Shown: positions 28,615 to 37,274 of the stretch, in pieces
Numbering within the stretch: the first letter of the stretch is position 1
Layout: each line of letters begins with the position of its first letter
Made by a program: the position numbers and the translations under genes
From: Anaerolineae bacterium
GTDB taxonomy: Bacteria; Chloroflexota; Anaerolineae; B4-G1; SLSP01
Reading direction: 5' to 3'
DNA length: 64,000 nt
Assembly (NCBI GenBank): GCA_034676805.1
Contig: JAXDDO010000064.1
Span: 7,647 to 71,646 of the forward strand
Notes under the pieces: model-generated
What the model saw: the letters and a program-made list of their open reading frames with translations, nothing else
The model's database searches: none
Told to the model about the DNA's origin: nothing

Positions 28615-29571
28615 CTAACCGGGCACCACGCGGGTGCCGGTCCTGCCGTGCAGCGCTGCGGTGATATGTTCGGGATCGGTGATCACCGCCAGCTTGCCGC
28701 CGGCATCGAGATAGCGCAGGATCGCCCGAATCTTGGGCTCCATGCTGCCCTTGGCGAAATGCCCCTCGGCCAGATACCGCCGGGCCTCGGACGCCGTCAT
28801 CTCATCGATCCCACGTTGGTCTGGTCGCCGGAAGTTGATGTAGACCTTCTCGACGGCAGTAGAGATCAGGAAGAGATCCGCGCCGATCGATTGGGCCAAC
28901 AACGACGACGCGAAGTCCTTATCGATCACCGCTGCAACACCGCGGAGGTCGCATCCGTGATCCCAGACAACCGGAATCCCTCCCCCACCCACAGTGATCG
29001 TGATGATACCCGCACCCAGCAACGTCCTCACCGCCTCCAGTTCTACGATCTCCTGCGGCAAAGGCGAAGCCACCACCCGGCGCCAGCCACGTCCGGCATC
29101 CTCAACCACGCTCCAGCCCTCGCGCTCGGCGCGTGCCCTGGCATCGGCTTCGTCCATGAAGCCGCCGATTGGCTTGGTCGGATTTTCAAAGGCCGGATCA
29201 TCGAGATCGACCCGGACCTGGGTGACAACGGTTGCGACATGTTTTTGGATGCCTCGCCGTCGAAACTCGTTGTAGAGGTTCTGCTGCAGCGCATATCCCA
29301 ACGCACCTTGAGTATCGGCGCCGCATGCGTCGAGCGGAACCTCATGCATCCCAGCCACTCTTGCTGCGATCTCCGACCGTCTTAGGATAAACCCCACCTG
29401 CGGACCGTTTCCGTGGCCGATCGCGACGTCCCACCCCTCCTGGATCATATCGGCGATGTGGTAGCAGGTCTCCTTGGCTGCCTGATACTGATCCTCTACG
29501 GTCTGATGCTGCTGATCTTTGATCAGCGAATTCCCTCCAATAGCGATCACCGCCAGTTTAGCACGCGCCAT
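28615..29571 (-). CDS. Carbamate kinase
   Basis: MARAKLAVIAIGGNSL..., GHGNGPQVG, amino-acid-kinase fold. ATG at 29571 has an AGGAG RBS. The ORF extension to 29709 was rejected. Confidence 0.9.
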   Translation of the reverse strand: MARAKLAVIAIGGNSLIKDQQHQTVEDQYQAAKETCYHIADMIQEGWDVAIGHGNGPQVGFILRRSEIAARVAGMHEVPLDACGADTQGALGYALQQNLYNEFRRRGIQKHVATVVTQVRVDLDDPAFENPTKPIGGFMDEADARARAEREGWSVVEDAGRGWRRVVASPLPQEIVELEAVRTLLGAGIITITVGGGGIPVVWDHGCDLRGVAAVIDKDFASSLLAQSIGADLFLISTAVEKVYINFRRPDQRGIDEMTASEARRYLAEGHFAKGSMEPKIRAILRYLDAGGKLAVITDPEHITAALHGRTGTRVVPG

Positions 29572-29650
29572 ACTGGATCTCCTTGTTGAGCCTTGTACAG
29601 TCGGACTTGGCCTCACCGGAAAGCCGGTCAGCGAATCGGGTAGAACGGCA

Positions 29651-29716
29651 GGCCGTGCTTGTTGGGGATCTGCGCGAAGCCTGAGTCCGAGGCGCGACCC
29701 CCACAACAAGACGGCC
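29651..29716 (-). other. Long imperfect hairpin directly after the carbamoyltransferase stop codon
   Basis: Arms GGCCGTGCTTGTTGGGG (29651-29667) and CCCCACAACAAGACGGCC (29699-29716) with an internally structured ~30-nt loop. No U-tract. Confidence 0.45.
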
Positions 29717-30696
29717 TACCACATTGTCAGTGCCATTGTGGCCTTCTGAACGTGCAGACGGTTCTCGGCCTCATCGTAGACCACCGACTGCGGACCGTCC
29801 ATCACTTCGCTGGTCACCTCAATGTCGCGGTCGGCGGGCAGCGGATGCATGTAGATCGCGTCCGGCGCAGCAGCCCGCATCTTGTGCGCGTCGGTGATCC
29901 AGTCCTGGTGCCGGTCCTGGAGCTCTTTGCCCTTGACCGGATCGTCCGTGGTCAGCAACGGCCCCCAGGACTTTGCGTAGACCACATCCGCATCCCGAAA
30001 AGCCTCCTCCATATCGTGGACGATCTCAAAGCCCGTCCCAAACCTGCGGGCCTGCGCGCGGGCCTCTTCCTCAATCTCGGGCATCAGCATGAACTCCTCA
30101 GGATATGCCAGCGTCACGTCCATACCAAAGCGCGGCATCTGAAGGATCAACGATTGCGGCACCGAAATGGGCTTGAGGTAAGAGGAGGCATAGGCCCAAG
30201 AAACGACGAGCTTCTTCTTCCGCAGGTCCCGCCCTTTCTTCTCCATAATCGTCATCAGATCCGCCAGGCACTGGAACGGATGGTAGACGTCGCACTGCAT
30301 GTTCAAAACCGGTGCGCGTGACGCCTCCGCAACCCCGTTGAGGTAGGCGTTCCCCTCCTTCCAGTCGCAATGACGGATGGCAATCCCGTCGAAGTAGCGC
30401 CCCAGGATCTCGCCGATCTCCTTGGCGGTGTCGCCGTGGGCGATCTGCGTCGTGCGCGATTCGATGAACGCTGCGTGACCGCCAAGCTGAGCCATTCCGG
30501 CTTCGAACGAACAGCGTGTCCGCGTGCTGCTGAAGAAGAACAACATCCCCAGCGTCCGATCGCGCAGATAGGGATGAGGCTCGCCCACGGCGCGCTTACG
30601 CTTGAGATCCCACGCCAAATCCAGGACGGTCTCCACCTCTTCCTTGGAGAAATCCAGGTCCGAAATCAGATCACGACCACGAAGAAACGTTTGCAT
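29716..30696 (-). CDS. YgeW-like (knotted) carbamoyltransferase
   Basis: STRTR and HPFQ carbamoyl-phosphate motifs, YMHPLPA. SWAYASSYLKPISVPQS and FGMDVTLAYPE resemble, from memory, E. coli YgeW (TWAYSPSYGKPLSVPQ, FGMDVTLAHPE). ATG at 30696 sits behind a GGAGGT RBS. Confidence 0.8.
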   Translation of the reverse strand: MQTFLRGRDLISDLDFSKEEVETVLDLAWDLKRKRAVGEPHPYLRDRTLGMLFFFSSTRTRCSFEAGMAQLGGHAAFIESRTTQIAHGDTAKEIGEILGRYFDGIAIRHCDWKEGNAYLNGVAEASRAPVLNMQCDVYHPFQCLADLMTIMEKKGRDLRKKKLVVSWAYASSYLKPISVPQSLILQMPRFGMDVTLAYPEEFMLMPEIEEEARAQARRFGTGFEIVHDMEEAFRDADVVYAKSWGPLLTTDDPVKGKELQDRHQDWITDAHKMRAAAPDAIYMHPLPADRDIEVTSEVMDGPQSVVYDEAENRLHVQKATMALTMW

Positions 30697-30717
30697 CTCT
30701 ACCTCCACAGGGTGTGG

Positions 30718-31971
30718 TTAGTCAATGAGTTGACGGAGTACAGCCGGCAACAGCGCGTAGAACTCGGTTGACTTCACGACATCGTCTAGGCGTACGCTGT
30801 CCAGTACAGTATGCGCGGTCTTCTCGTCAGCCGGAGAAAAGCCAATCGTCGGGATCCCGGCCCTCCCCGCCCAGTAGGTACCGTTGGTGCTGAAGTCCCA
30901 CTTCCCAGGTGTGTGCGTTGGCAGACCAATCAGGCGGCAGGTCTCGAGGGCGGCTTGGACCAAGGAGTGGTCCTCGGGCAGCGCCCATGCCGGGAAGATC
31001 TTGTCCAACGTCATCTTGAAGCCGGTGTAGCTGGGTTCGTCATACTGCAGCAGCTCGACCATGATGTCACCAGCTCGCTGGTTCTCCGGCGGGATCAACG
31101 AACGGATGCGCTCGATCTCCGCCTCAGGGCTCTCGCCAAAGGTCAACCGGCGGTCGATGAAGAACGTCGCCCGGTTAGGCACAGCATTGATGCTGGGTGT
31201 CTCTACCTCCATATCCGTCACGGTGATCTTCCCATGGCCCAGGAAGGGATCGTCGCCCAACTGCGGCTCCAGCTTGCTGATCGCGTCGATCATCGGCACG
31301 AGCTTGTAGATCGCGTTGTCGCCTAACTCGTTGCTGGCGGCGTGCGCGCTTCTGCCCCTGGCCACGACGCGTATCTCGACGCGCCCCTTATGCCCGCGGT
31401 AGACCTGCATCTTGGTCGGCTCACCAACGACGACGAAATCCGGCCTGATGCCCTCTGTCTCCACGAGGGCGCGTGGCGCGATCCCATCACACCACTCCTC
31501 CATATTGCCGAAGTAATACGCAGTCCATCCTTCAAGGAGCCCCAAGTGGTTGGCGATGGCCATGCCGTAGATCATACCCGGCGTGCTGCCCTTCTCGTCG
31601 CTGGCGCCCCGCGCGTAAAGAACGCCGTCCTCGATCTTGCCCTTGAACGGATCCCACTCCCACTCGGCGGGATCGCCAATCCCGACGGTATCCAGGTGGC
31701 TGTCGAACAAGATCACACGCGGTCCACTTCCGATGCGCCCTACGATGTTGCCCATGGTGTCAAACCAGATAGCGTCAAACCCCAGACGCTGCATCTCGGT
31801 CTGAACACGCTCGCCGACCTCCCTTATGTGTGAGTCCATCGACGGGATGGCCACCAGATCCCGCATAAACGCCAGAATCGCGGCGCCGTGTTCGTTGACG
31901 GCCGTCTGCACCGCCCGGGTCACGCGCTCGTTCCTATCGGGGCCTGCCGTATTCGGGGTCATCTTCACCAT
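30718..31971 (-). CDS. YgeY-like M20 family metallopeptidase/deacylase
   Basis: 417 aa. FDSHLDTV, ARGASDEKG, M20 dimerisation insert. Positioned next to the YgeW-like gene as in E. coli. Confidence 0.8.
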   Translation of the reverse strand: MVKMTPNTAGPDRNERVTRAVQTAVNEHGAAILAFMRDLVAIPSMDSHIREVGERVQTEMQRLGFDAIWFDTMGNIVGRIGSGPRVILFDSHLDTVGIGDPAEWEWDPFKGKIEDGVLYARGASDEKGSTPGMIYGMAIANHLGLLEGWTAYYFGNMEEWCDGIAPRALVETEGIRPDFVVVGEPTKMQVYRGHKGRVEIRVVARGRSAHAASNELGDNAIYKLVPMIDAISKLEPQLGDDPFLGHGKITVTDMEVETPSINAVPNRATFFIDRRLTFGESPEAEIERIRSLIPPENQRAGDIMVELLQYDEPSYTGFKMTLDKIFPAWALPEDHSLVQAALETCRLIGLPTHTPGKWDFSTNGTYWAGRAGIPTIGFSPADEKTAHTVLDSVRLDDVVKSTEFYALLPAVLRQLID

Positions 31972-32003
31972 TCCTTTCCCCCCGGGCTGGCGAATGCCGG
32001 GGT

Positions 32004-32744
32004 CTATGATGTGCGCACTTGCCGGATCACGTGAAACCGAAAGTGCCCAGGGACGAAGGTACTGATCGAGAAGTCGACGACCCGGCCATCATAGCCGAAG
32101 AGCTGAGCCATCATTCGCAGCAGCGCAGCGCCGGGTGGCACTCGCAGGCGATGTCCCAGCCGCTCGTCAGCCGAGGTCGCCATGATCTCGGTCCGCGAAA
32201 TTGTCAGTCCCGGCGTTCCCCGCTCCAGCAACAGGTCCAGAACCGACCCCCGGAACCTATCATCGAGATCGGTCGAGCGCAGAACGTCGACCGGAACGAC
32301 GTCCAGGAGATCGGCCACCGGTTCACCCTCCATGGCAATCACGCGATCCACAGCCAACACCCGAGTAGGCCCAGGAGTCCCCAGTCCCGTCAGTTCCATC
32401 TCGCTGGCATCACGCTCGACAACTCTGAGATGGGCCATCTCCGTGACCAATCCCCTGTGCTCGGCCATACGCTCCAGGCTTTCCAGGACCTCCAGACCGG
32501 TCTCGAGTATCGGAAGGCGCGAGGCTACGAACGTGCCGACACCCTGACGTTGGAGCAGGAGGCCACGCTCAACAAAGGTCTTGAGAACCTCGCGTAGCGT
32601 CGGCCGCGACACACCTAACGATCTGGCGAGCTCAGGTTCAGGGGGTAGCTGGTCACCAGGCTGAAGCTGCTGAACGAGGATGGAGACGGCGTCAGCCACC
32701 TGTTCACGTGTCGAACGCACCCTTGGGAGATCGTCAAAATCCAT
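32004..32744 (-). CDS. GntR-family transcriptional regulator (HutC/UTRA-like effector domain)
   Basis: Winged HTH (PPEPELARSLGVSRPTLREVLKTFVERGLL) plus a beta-rich C-terminal domain. Confidence 0.85.
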   Translation of the reverse strand: MDFDDLPRVRSTREQVADAVSILVQQLQPGDQLPPEPELARSLGVSRPTLREVLKTFVERGLLLQRQGVGTFVASRLPILETGLEVLESLERMAEHRGLVTEMAHLRVVERDASEMELTGLGTPGPTRVLAVDRVIAMEGEPVADLLDVVPVDVLRSTDLDDRFRGSVLDLLLERGTPGLTISRTEIMATSADERLGHRLRVPPGAALLRMMAQLFGYDGRVVDFSISTFVPGHFRFHVIRQVRTS

Positions 32745-32762
32745 ACACCGTCCTCCAATTTC

Positions 32763-32790
32763 ATTATATGTCAGACAACTGACATGTCAA
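32763..32790 (-). promoter_or_regulatory. Consensus sigma-70-type promoter of the GntR gene
   Basis: Minus strand reads TTGACA (32790-32785), 16 nt, TATAAT (32768-32763), then GGAGG and ATG. Confidence 0.7.
32769..32784. promoter_or_regulatory. Perfect palindrome TGTCAG-ACAA-CTGACA filling the promoter spacer (candidate autoregulatory operator)
   Basis: 6-bp arms with a 4-bp centre, lying exactly between the -35 and -10 of the GntR promoter. Confidence 0.6.
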
Positions 32791-32806
32791 CGCACTGCGA
32801 AGTTTG

Positions 32807-32822
32807 TGTGGTTCTTACCACA
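32807..32822. promoter_or_regulatory. Palindrome TGTGGT-TCTT-ACCACA (HutC/DasR-type TGGT-N4-ACCA core)
   Basis: Perfect 6-bp arms, located between the divergent GntR and PA14 promoters. Confidence 0.55.
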
Positions 32823-32854
32823 AGTATGGAACCTCTGTACTTCGACCGACGTCC

Positions 32855-32881
32855 TTAACATGAATGATCATGGACTATAAT
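32855..32881 (+). promoter_or_regulatory. Putative promoter of the 4xPA14 gene
   Basis: TTAACA, 15 nt, TATAAT (32876-32881), followed by an AAAGGAGGA RBS. Confidence 0.5.
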
Positions 32882-32912
32882 GTAAAGAGAAGCTAAAGGA
32901 GGAACAAAGACC

Positions 32913-34631
32913 ATGCGTAAGAGATACCGACAGATCTTTGCCCTAGGCACGCTTCTGGCTCTCGTGTTGGGCACGCTTGCTGCCCCATTGCCCATCGCCG
33001 CGGCGGGGGAATGGTACGCCGAGTACTTCTCCAACGTCGATCTGGCAGGAGCGCCAACGCTCACTCGATTCGAGGTGGATATCAACCACGACTGGGGCAC
33101 CGGGAGCCCCGGCGGAGGCGTCCCGGCGGACAACTTCTCAGCACGCTACACACGCGATATCTGGTTCTCGACCGGGACCCATCGGTTCAGCTACCGCTCC
33201 GATGACGGGATCCGCGTCTGGATCAACGACGTGCTGATCGTCGATGACTGGAACGATCACGCCGCTATCTGGCGGTCGGTGGATCACTTCGTGCCGGGTG
33301 GTGTGAACCGCGTTCGTATCGAGCACTACGAGAGGTCCGGCACTGCGGCGTTGCAGATCGGGTGGGAATTGGTGACCGGCAATGGCGCTTGGACCGCCAG
33401 CTTCTGGGATAACCCCTACCTCTCCGGGAGCGCCGTCCACGGGCGCCTGGATGCTGCCGTTGACTTCGACTGGGGAAATGGCAGCCCGGATCCGAAAGTT
33501 CCGGTGGACAACTTCTCGGCCCGCTGGTCCCGCGCACTCGGGTTCGAGGCCGGAACCTATCGCTTCTTCGCGAGCGCTGATGATGGTGTGCGCATCTATG
33601 TCGACGGTCGGCTGGTCGTCGACGCGTGGTTCAAGCAATCGCTGCCGAATACTCGCTCCGGGGATCTGGCTTTGAGCGCCGGTAACCACACAGTCGTCGT
33701 GGACTACTTCGAACAGGGTGGCGAAGCCGCCATCCACGTCTGGTGGGACCGTGTCGACACCCTGGGGGGCTGGGAGGGTCGCTACTACGACAACCGCGAA
33801 CTCCGCGGTGCGCCCGCCCTGATCCGCGACGACCGCGAGATCAACTTCGACTGGGGCGAGGGCTCGCCCGTAAGTTGGATGACTTCGGACAACTTCTCGG
33901 TCCGCTGGACGCGGACGATCAACCTCCGCCCGGGGCTCTACCGCTTCAACAGCCGCTCGGATGACGGCATCCGGTTGTGGATCGACGACATCGACCTGCG
34001 TCTCAACCATTGGGAGCCCCAGGAGTACACGTGGCACTATCAAGACTGGCATTGGCTAGAGGGACCGCACACGTTGCGCGTTGAGTACTTCGAGGGTACG
34101 GGTTCGGCGCGGGTACAGTTCTGGTGGGACTATGCCGCAACGGTCGAGGCCGCGCAAGCGATGGCCCCATCGCCAGTCTACAGGTTCACCACCGCGCCAC
34201 AACCGCCCAGCACGCCTCAACCAACGCCGAAGACGCCGCCGGGTGTGCAGCTACCTGGCCCGTGGCAAGGCGAGTACTTCACAGGTCGCGATTTGCAACA
34301 ACAGCCAGTCCTGGTGCGCACCGATCAGGTAATCGACTTCGACTGGGGCTGGGCCTCGCCCGACGACAGCATCCCGGTGAACCAGTTCGCCGTTCGTTGG
34401 ACAGGAACCTTCGACTTCGAGGGCGGTCGGTACCGCTTCACAACGTTCACGGACGACGGCGTACGCGTCTACGTCGATGGGCGCCTGGTGATCAACAGTT
34501 GGCGACCGATGCGGGGCACCCGTTACGCCACCGTGAATCTGACAAGCGGACAACACACCATCGTGGTGGAGTACTTCGAGGCGACTCAAGCAGCCAGAGC
34601 GCGCCTGACGTGGCAGCGTCTCGGTCGCTGA
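32913..34631 (+). CDS. Secreted protein made of four tandem PA14 domains
   Basis: Signal peptide. Four repeats of W-x-(A/G)-x-Y(F/Y)-N...DWGxGSP...DNFSxRWTR...YRF...SDDGxRxWxD. Pro-rich linker before repeat 4. No catalytic domain seen. Confidence 0.85.
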   Translation: MRKRYRQIFALGTLLALVLGTLAAPLPIAAAGEWYAEYFSNVDLAGAPTLTRFEVDINHDWGTGSPGGGVPADNFSARYTRDIWFSTGTHRFSYRSDDGIRVWINDVLIVDDWNDHAAIWRSVDHFVPGGVNRVRIEHYERSGTAALQIGWELVTGNGAWTASFWDNPYLSGSAVHGRLDAAVDFDWGNGSPDPKVPVDNFSARWSRALGFEAGTYRFFASADDGVRIYVDGRLVVDAWFKQSLPNTRSGDLALSAGNHTVVVDYFEQGGEAAIHVWWDRVDTLGGWEGRYYDNRELRGAPALIRDDREINFDWGEGSPVSWMTSDNFSVRWTRTINLRPGLYRFNSRSDDGIRLWIDDIDLRLNHWEPQEYTWHYQDWHWLEGPHTLRVEYFEGTGSARVQFWWDYAATVEAAQAMAPSPVYRFTTAPQPPSTPQPTPKTPPGVQLPGPWQGEYFTGRDLQQQPVLVRTDQVIDFDWGWASPDDSIPVNQFAVRWTGTFDFEGGRYRFTTFTDDGVRVYVDGRLVINSWRPMRGTRYATVNLTSGQHTIVVEYFEATQAARARLTWQRLGR

Positions 34632-34673
34632 GCGAGAGCCTCAGATCGCTCTGAGGTGCCGGCAACGGTGATG

Positions 34674-34716
34674 CGTGCCCCCGGTTGCACATGCGCGACC
34701 GGGGGCACGTTCTTTG
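34674..34716 (+). terminator. Intrinsic terminator after the 4xPA14 gene
   Basis: 12-bp stem CGTGCCCCCGGT / ACCGGGGGCACG followed by TTCTTTGG. Confidence 0.75.
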
Positions 34717-34822
34717 GCGCCCCGCTGAGCCGGTTGAGATGCCGAAGTGACAGGATTGCCTATAATACTCGACGTATGCGTGGCGTATTCCGACGAGGCT
34801 AGTGAATGACTAGGAGGAGTGC

Positions 34823-35728
34823 ATGCAACCTAATCCTGTGCTGTCGGCCCTGGGCCTATCGAGCGAAGATCGGGCCGTCCTGATACATACCGATGATATC
34901 GGCATGTGTCATGCCTCGCTGGCGGCCTACGCGGATCTGTGCGAAAGAGGCGTGATCTCCGCAGGATCGACCATGGTGCCCTGCCCTTGGTTTAGTGCAA
35001 CGGCCCGCTTCTGCGTCGCCAATCCAGAGATCGTCGATATGGGAGTGCACATCACGCTCAACAGCGAATGGCGAACGGGATACCGGTGGGGAGCGGTCTC
35101 CACCTGTGCGCCAGAGTCCGGCCTGATCGATGAGGAAGGTTTTCTGCACGCCACAACTGAGGCTACCCAGACTTCCGCCTCCGCGGAGGCAGTCCACCTG
35201 GAGATTCAGGCGCAGGTAAGCCGTGCCCTGCAGGCCGGCATCGACGTCACGCACATCGACACTCATATGGGCACCGTCATCTACCCGGGATTTCTGGAAA
35301 GCTACGTCCAGGTCGCACTAAGGCATCGTGTTCCCCCATTCATCGTCCGCACGGCGCCCGAGAGACTGGTCGCCATGGGATTTCCGCGCAGTCTCGCGGA
35401 TGTTCTGATGGCGCACGTTGGCGACTTGGAGTCCCAAGGGGTGCCCGCGTTCGACGACATTGCCTCGGTGCCTTTCGATCGTCCGGAGAACCATCTAGCG
35501 CAGGCCAAACACGTATTGCAGGGGCTCGGGCCTGGCCTCACCTACCTGATCATCCACCCGTCCAAGGACACGCCAGAGCTGCGTGCGATCCTCCCTGATG
35601 GCTGGCAAGTGCGCGTTGCAGAGTATGAGACCTTCATGCGAGAAGAACTCCGTGACCATCTGCAGCATCTGGGAATCCACATCATCGGCTGGCGCAGACT
35701 GCGTGACTTGATGCGTGCTCGGATCTAA
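34823..35728 (+). CDS. YdjC/ChbG-family carbohydrate deacetylase
   Basis: IHTDDIGMCHA N-terminal metal/acid motif and IDTHMG. 301 aa. Confidence 0.85.
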   Translation: MQPNPVLSALGLSSEDRAVLIHTDDIGMCHASLAAYADLCERGVISAGSTMVPCPWFSATARFCVANPEIVDMGVHITLNSEWRTGYRWGAVSTCAPESGLIDEEGFLHATTEATQTSASAEAVHLEIQAQVSRALQAGIDVTHIDTHMGTVIYPGFLESYVQVALRHRVPPFIVRTAPERLVAMGFPRSLADVLMAHVGDLESQGVPAFDDIASVPFDRPENHLAQAKHVLQGLGPGLTYLIIHPSKDTPELRAILPDGWQVRVAEYETFMREELRDHLQHLGIHIIGWRRLRDLMRARI

Positions 35729-35798
35729 TCCGCTGTCAGAACACGCCAGCGGAGGGTGCTGGCAACAACGCACAAGGGCAGGATCAGGGAGGCAGACG

Positions 35799-37205
35799 GT
35801 GAGTACGGTGGCTGTGCAAACGGGAGCAACGGAGAGTCTGACCCGCTTGAGCTTCGGCTACAAGGTGATCTGGGGTGTGGCAGCGTTGGGAACATCGCTG
35901 GTATCCGGTACCTACGGAGCCTTGCTGCCCATCTTCTATCAGGACTACCTGGGACTGGAGGCACGCTGGATCGCGATCGCCTCCACTGTCTACGCGATCT
36001 GGAACGCGATCAACGACCCGCTCTTCGGGTATATCACCGACAGCACGCGGTCAAGGTGGGGGCGGCGCATCCCCTACATGCGTTTCACAGCACCCTTCCT
36101 GGCGTTGACCTTCATCCTGGTCTGGTTTGCGCCGCAAGGGCTGGGCGATGTCGCGGTATTCGCCTGGATGCTGGGCACGATGCTGCTGTACGACACAGCC
36201 TATACGATCATCGGACTGGTCTACTCTGCGCTGCTTCCAGAAGTATCGGAGTCGGACGCCGAACGCAATGGACTACAGATCTCGTCCTCGCTCTTCGGCT
36301 TGCTTGGTATGGTCCTGGGATTCCTCATCCCGGATTTCTTCAGACCCAAGTCAGGGACATCGCTCTCGTTCGCTCCGCTACAGGTCTCGATGATCGTCGT
36401 GGGCATATTCAGCGCACTTATGATCATCATCACGACACTTAAGGTCCGCGAGCGTCCAGAGTTCCATCAGGTCGACCAGCCGCTCAAGCTCGGGCCTGCG
36501 ATACGTTACACCTTCACCAGCCGCTCCTTCCTGGTTCTCGTTGCGGCCAACTTTATGTCGATCCTGATGCAGTCGTTGCTCCTGGGGGCACTGTTCTACT
36601 GTGCCGACTACGTTCTCCAGACCAACGCCATGCTCCTGGTGGCATGCCTGTTTGTGCCACTGATCATCGGCGTGCCGCTTACTACGCTCATACGCAAGCG
36701 GCTGGGCGTGGTTGGAGCGCAACAGGTGCTGCTGTTGGTGGCAGGCACCGCGCTGGTCATGGTGATGGTAGTGCCAACGCCGTTGATCCCTGTGTGCCTG
36801 GCTCTCGCTGGATTCGGCCTGGCGGGCCCACAGACCCTGACCAATGTGCTCTTCGCCCAAGTCGCTGACGAGGACGAACTGAGGTCGGGGGTACGCCGGG
36901 AAGGCGCCTTCTTCGGCGTCAACGCGCTGCTCACCAAGCCTGCACAGTCTGTAGCCTTGGCGCTGCTTCCCTTTGTCCTGCAGGCCACAGACTTCATCAC
37001 CCGCGAAGCCAACCAGGGCCAGATCACGCTGGACCAGCCCGCCAGCGCTATCTGGGGCATCAAAGCTCTGGTCGGTCTGATCCCGGGTTTGGCGATGCTA
37101 GTCGGCGCGCTGATTCTGACCAAGTACCCCCTGCGAGGGGCTTCACTCGGTGAAATGAAAGAGAGTGTTTTGGCGTTGCACGCCGAGAAACAGGCGCGCC
37201 TCTGA
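35799..37205 (+). CDS. GPH-family (MelB-like) glycoside-pentoside-hexuronide:cation symporter
   Basis: 12-TM profile. GPH signature DPLFGYITDSTRSRWGRRIPYM. GTG at 35799 behind a GGGAGG RBS is preferred to the 35715 ORF start, which overlaps the upstream gene. Confidence 0.8.
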   Translation: MSTVAVQTGATESLTRLSFGYKVIWGVAALGTSLVSGTYGALLPIFYQDYLGLEARWIAIASTVYAIWNAINDPLFGYITDSTRSRWGRRIPYMRFTAPFLALTFILVWFAPQGLGDVAVFAWMLGTMLLYDTAYTIIGLVYSALLPEVSESDAERNGLQISSSLFGLLGMVLGFLIPDFFRPKSGTSLSFAPLQVSMIVVGIFSALMIIITTLKVRERPEFHQVDQPLKLGPAIRYTFTSRSFLVLVAANFMSILMQSLLLGALFYCADYVLQTNAMLLVACLFVPLIIGVPLTTLIRKRLGVVGAQQVLLLVAGTALVMVMVVPTPLIPVCLALAGFGLAGPQTLTNVLFAQVADEDELRSGVRREGAFFGVNALLTKPAQSVALALLPFVLQATDFITREANQGQITLDQPASAIWGIKALVGLIPGLAMLVGALILTKYPLRGASLGEMKESVLALHAEKQARL

Positions 37206-37274
37206 TCCCGAACGATCGAGAGGCCACCTCCCCAACCATGCACGGGGACGCCCATATAGAAAGAGGCAAAGCGC

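Noticed and set aside
28615-29709. Long N-terminal extensions of several ORFs: 29709 for carbamate kinase, 9312 for Nudix, 22927 for XDH FAD/FeS, 56210 for ftsB-like, 53634 for mutY, 5735 for the hydrolase, 35715 for the GPH transporter
   Set aside because: The extensions are Arg/Gly/Pro-rich, overlap neighbouring genes or promoters, and lack an RBS. Internal ATG/GTG codons with good Shine-Dalgarno sequences coincide with the conserved family N-termini.
17386-31971. Selenocysteine recoding (in-frame TGA plus SECIS) in the XDH/YgeY-type genes, since the Yge cluster is often selenium-linked
   Set aside because: All these ORFs are uninterrupted and full-length relative to family expectations. 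No selD/selA/selB genes are in the window. I cannot exclude labile-selenium cofactor use, but nothing in the sequence shows it.
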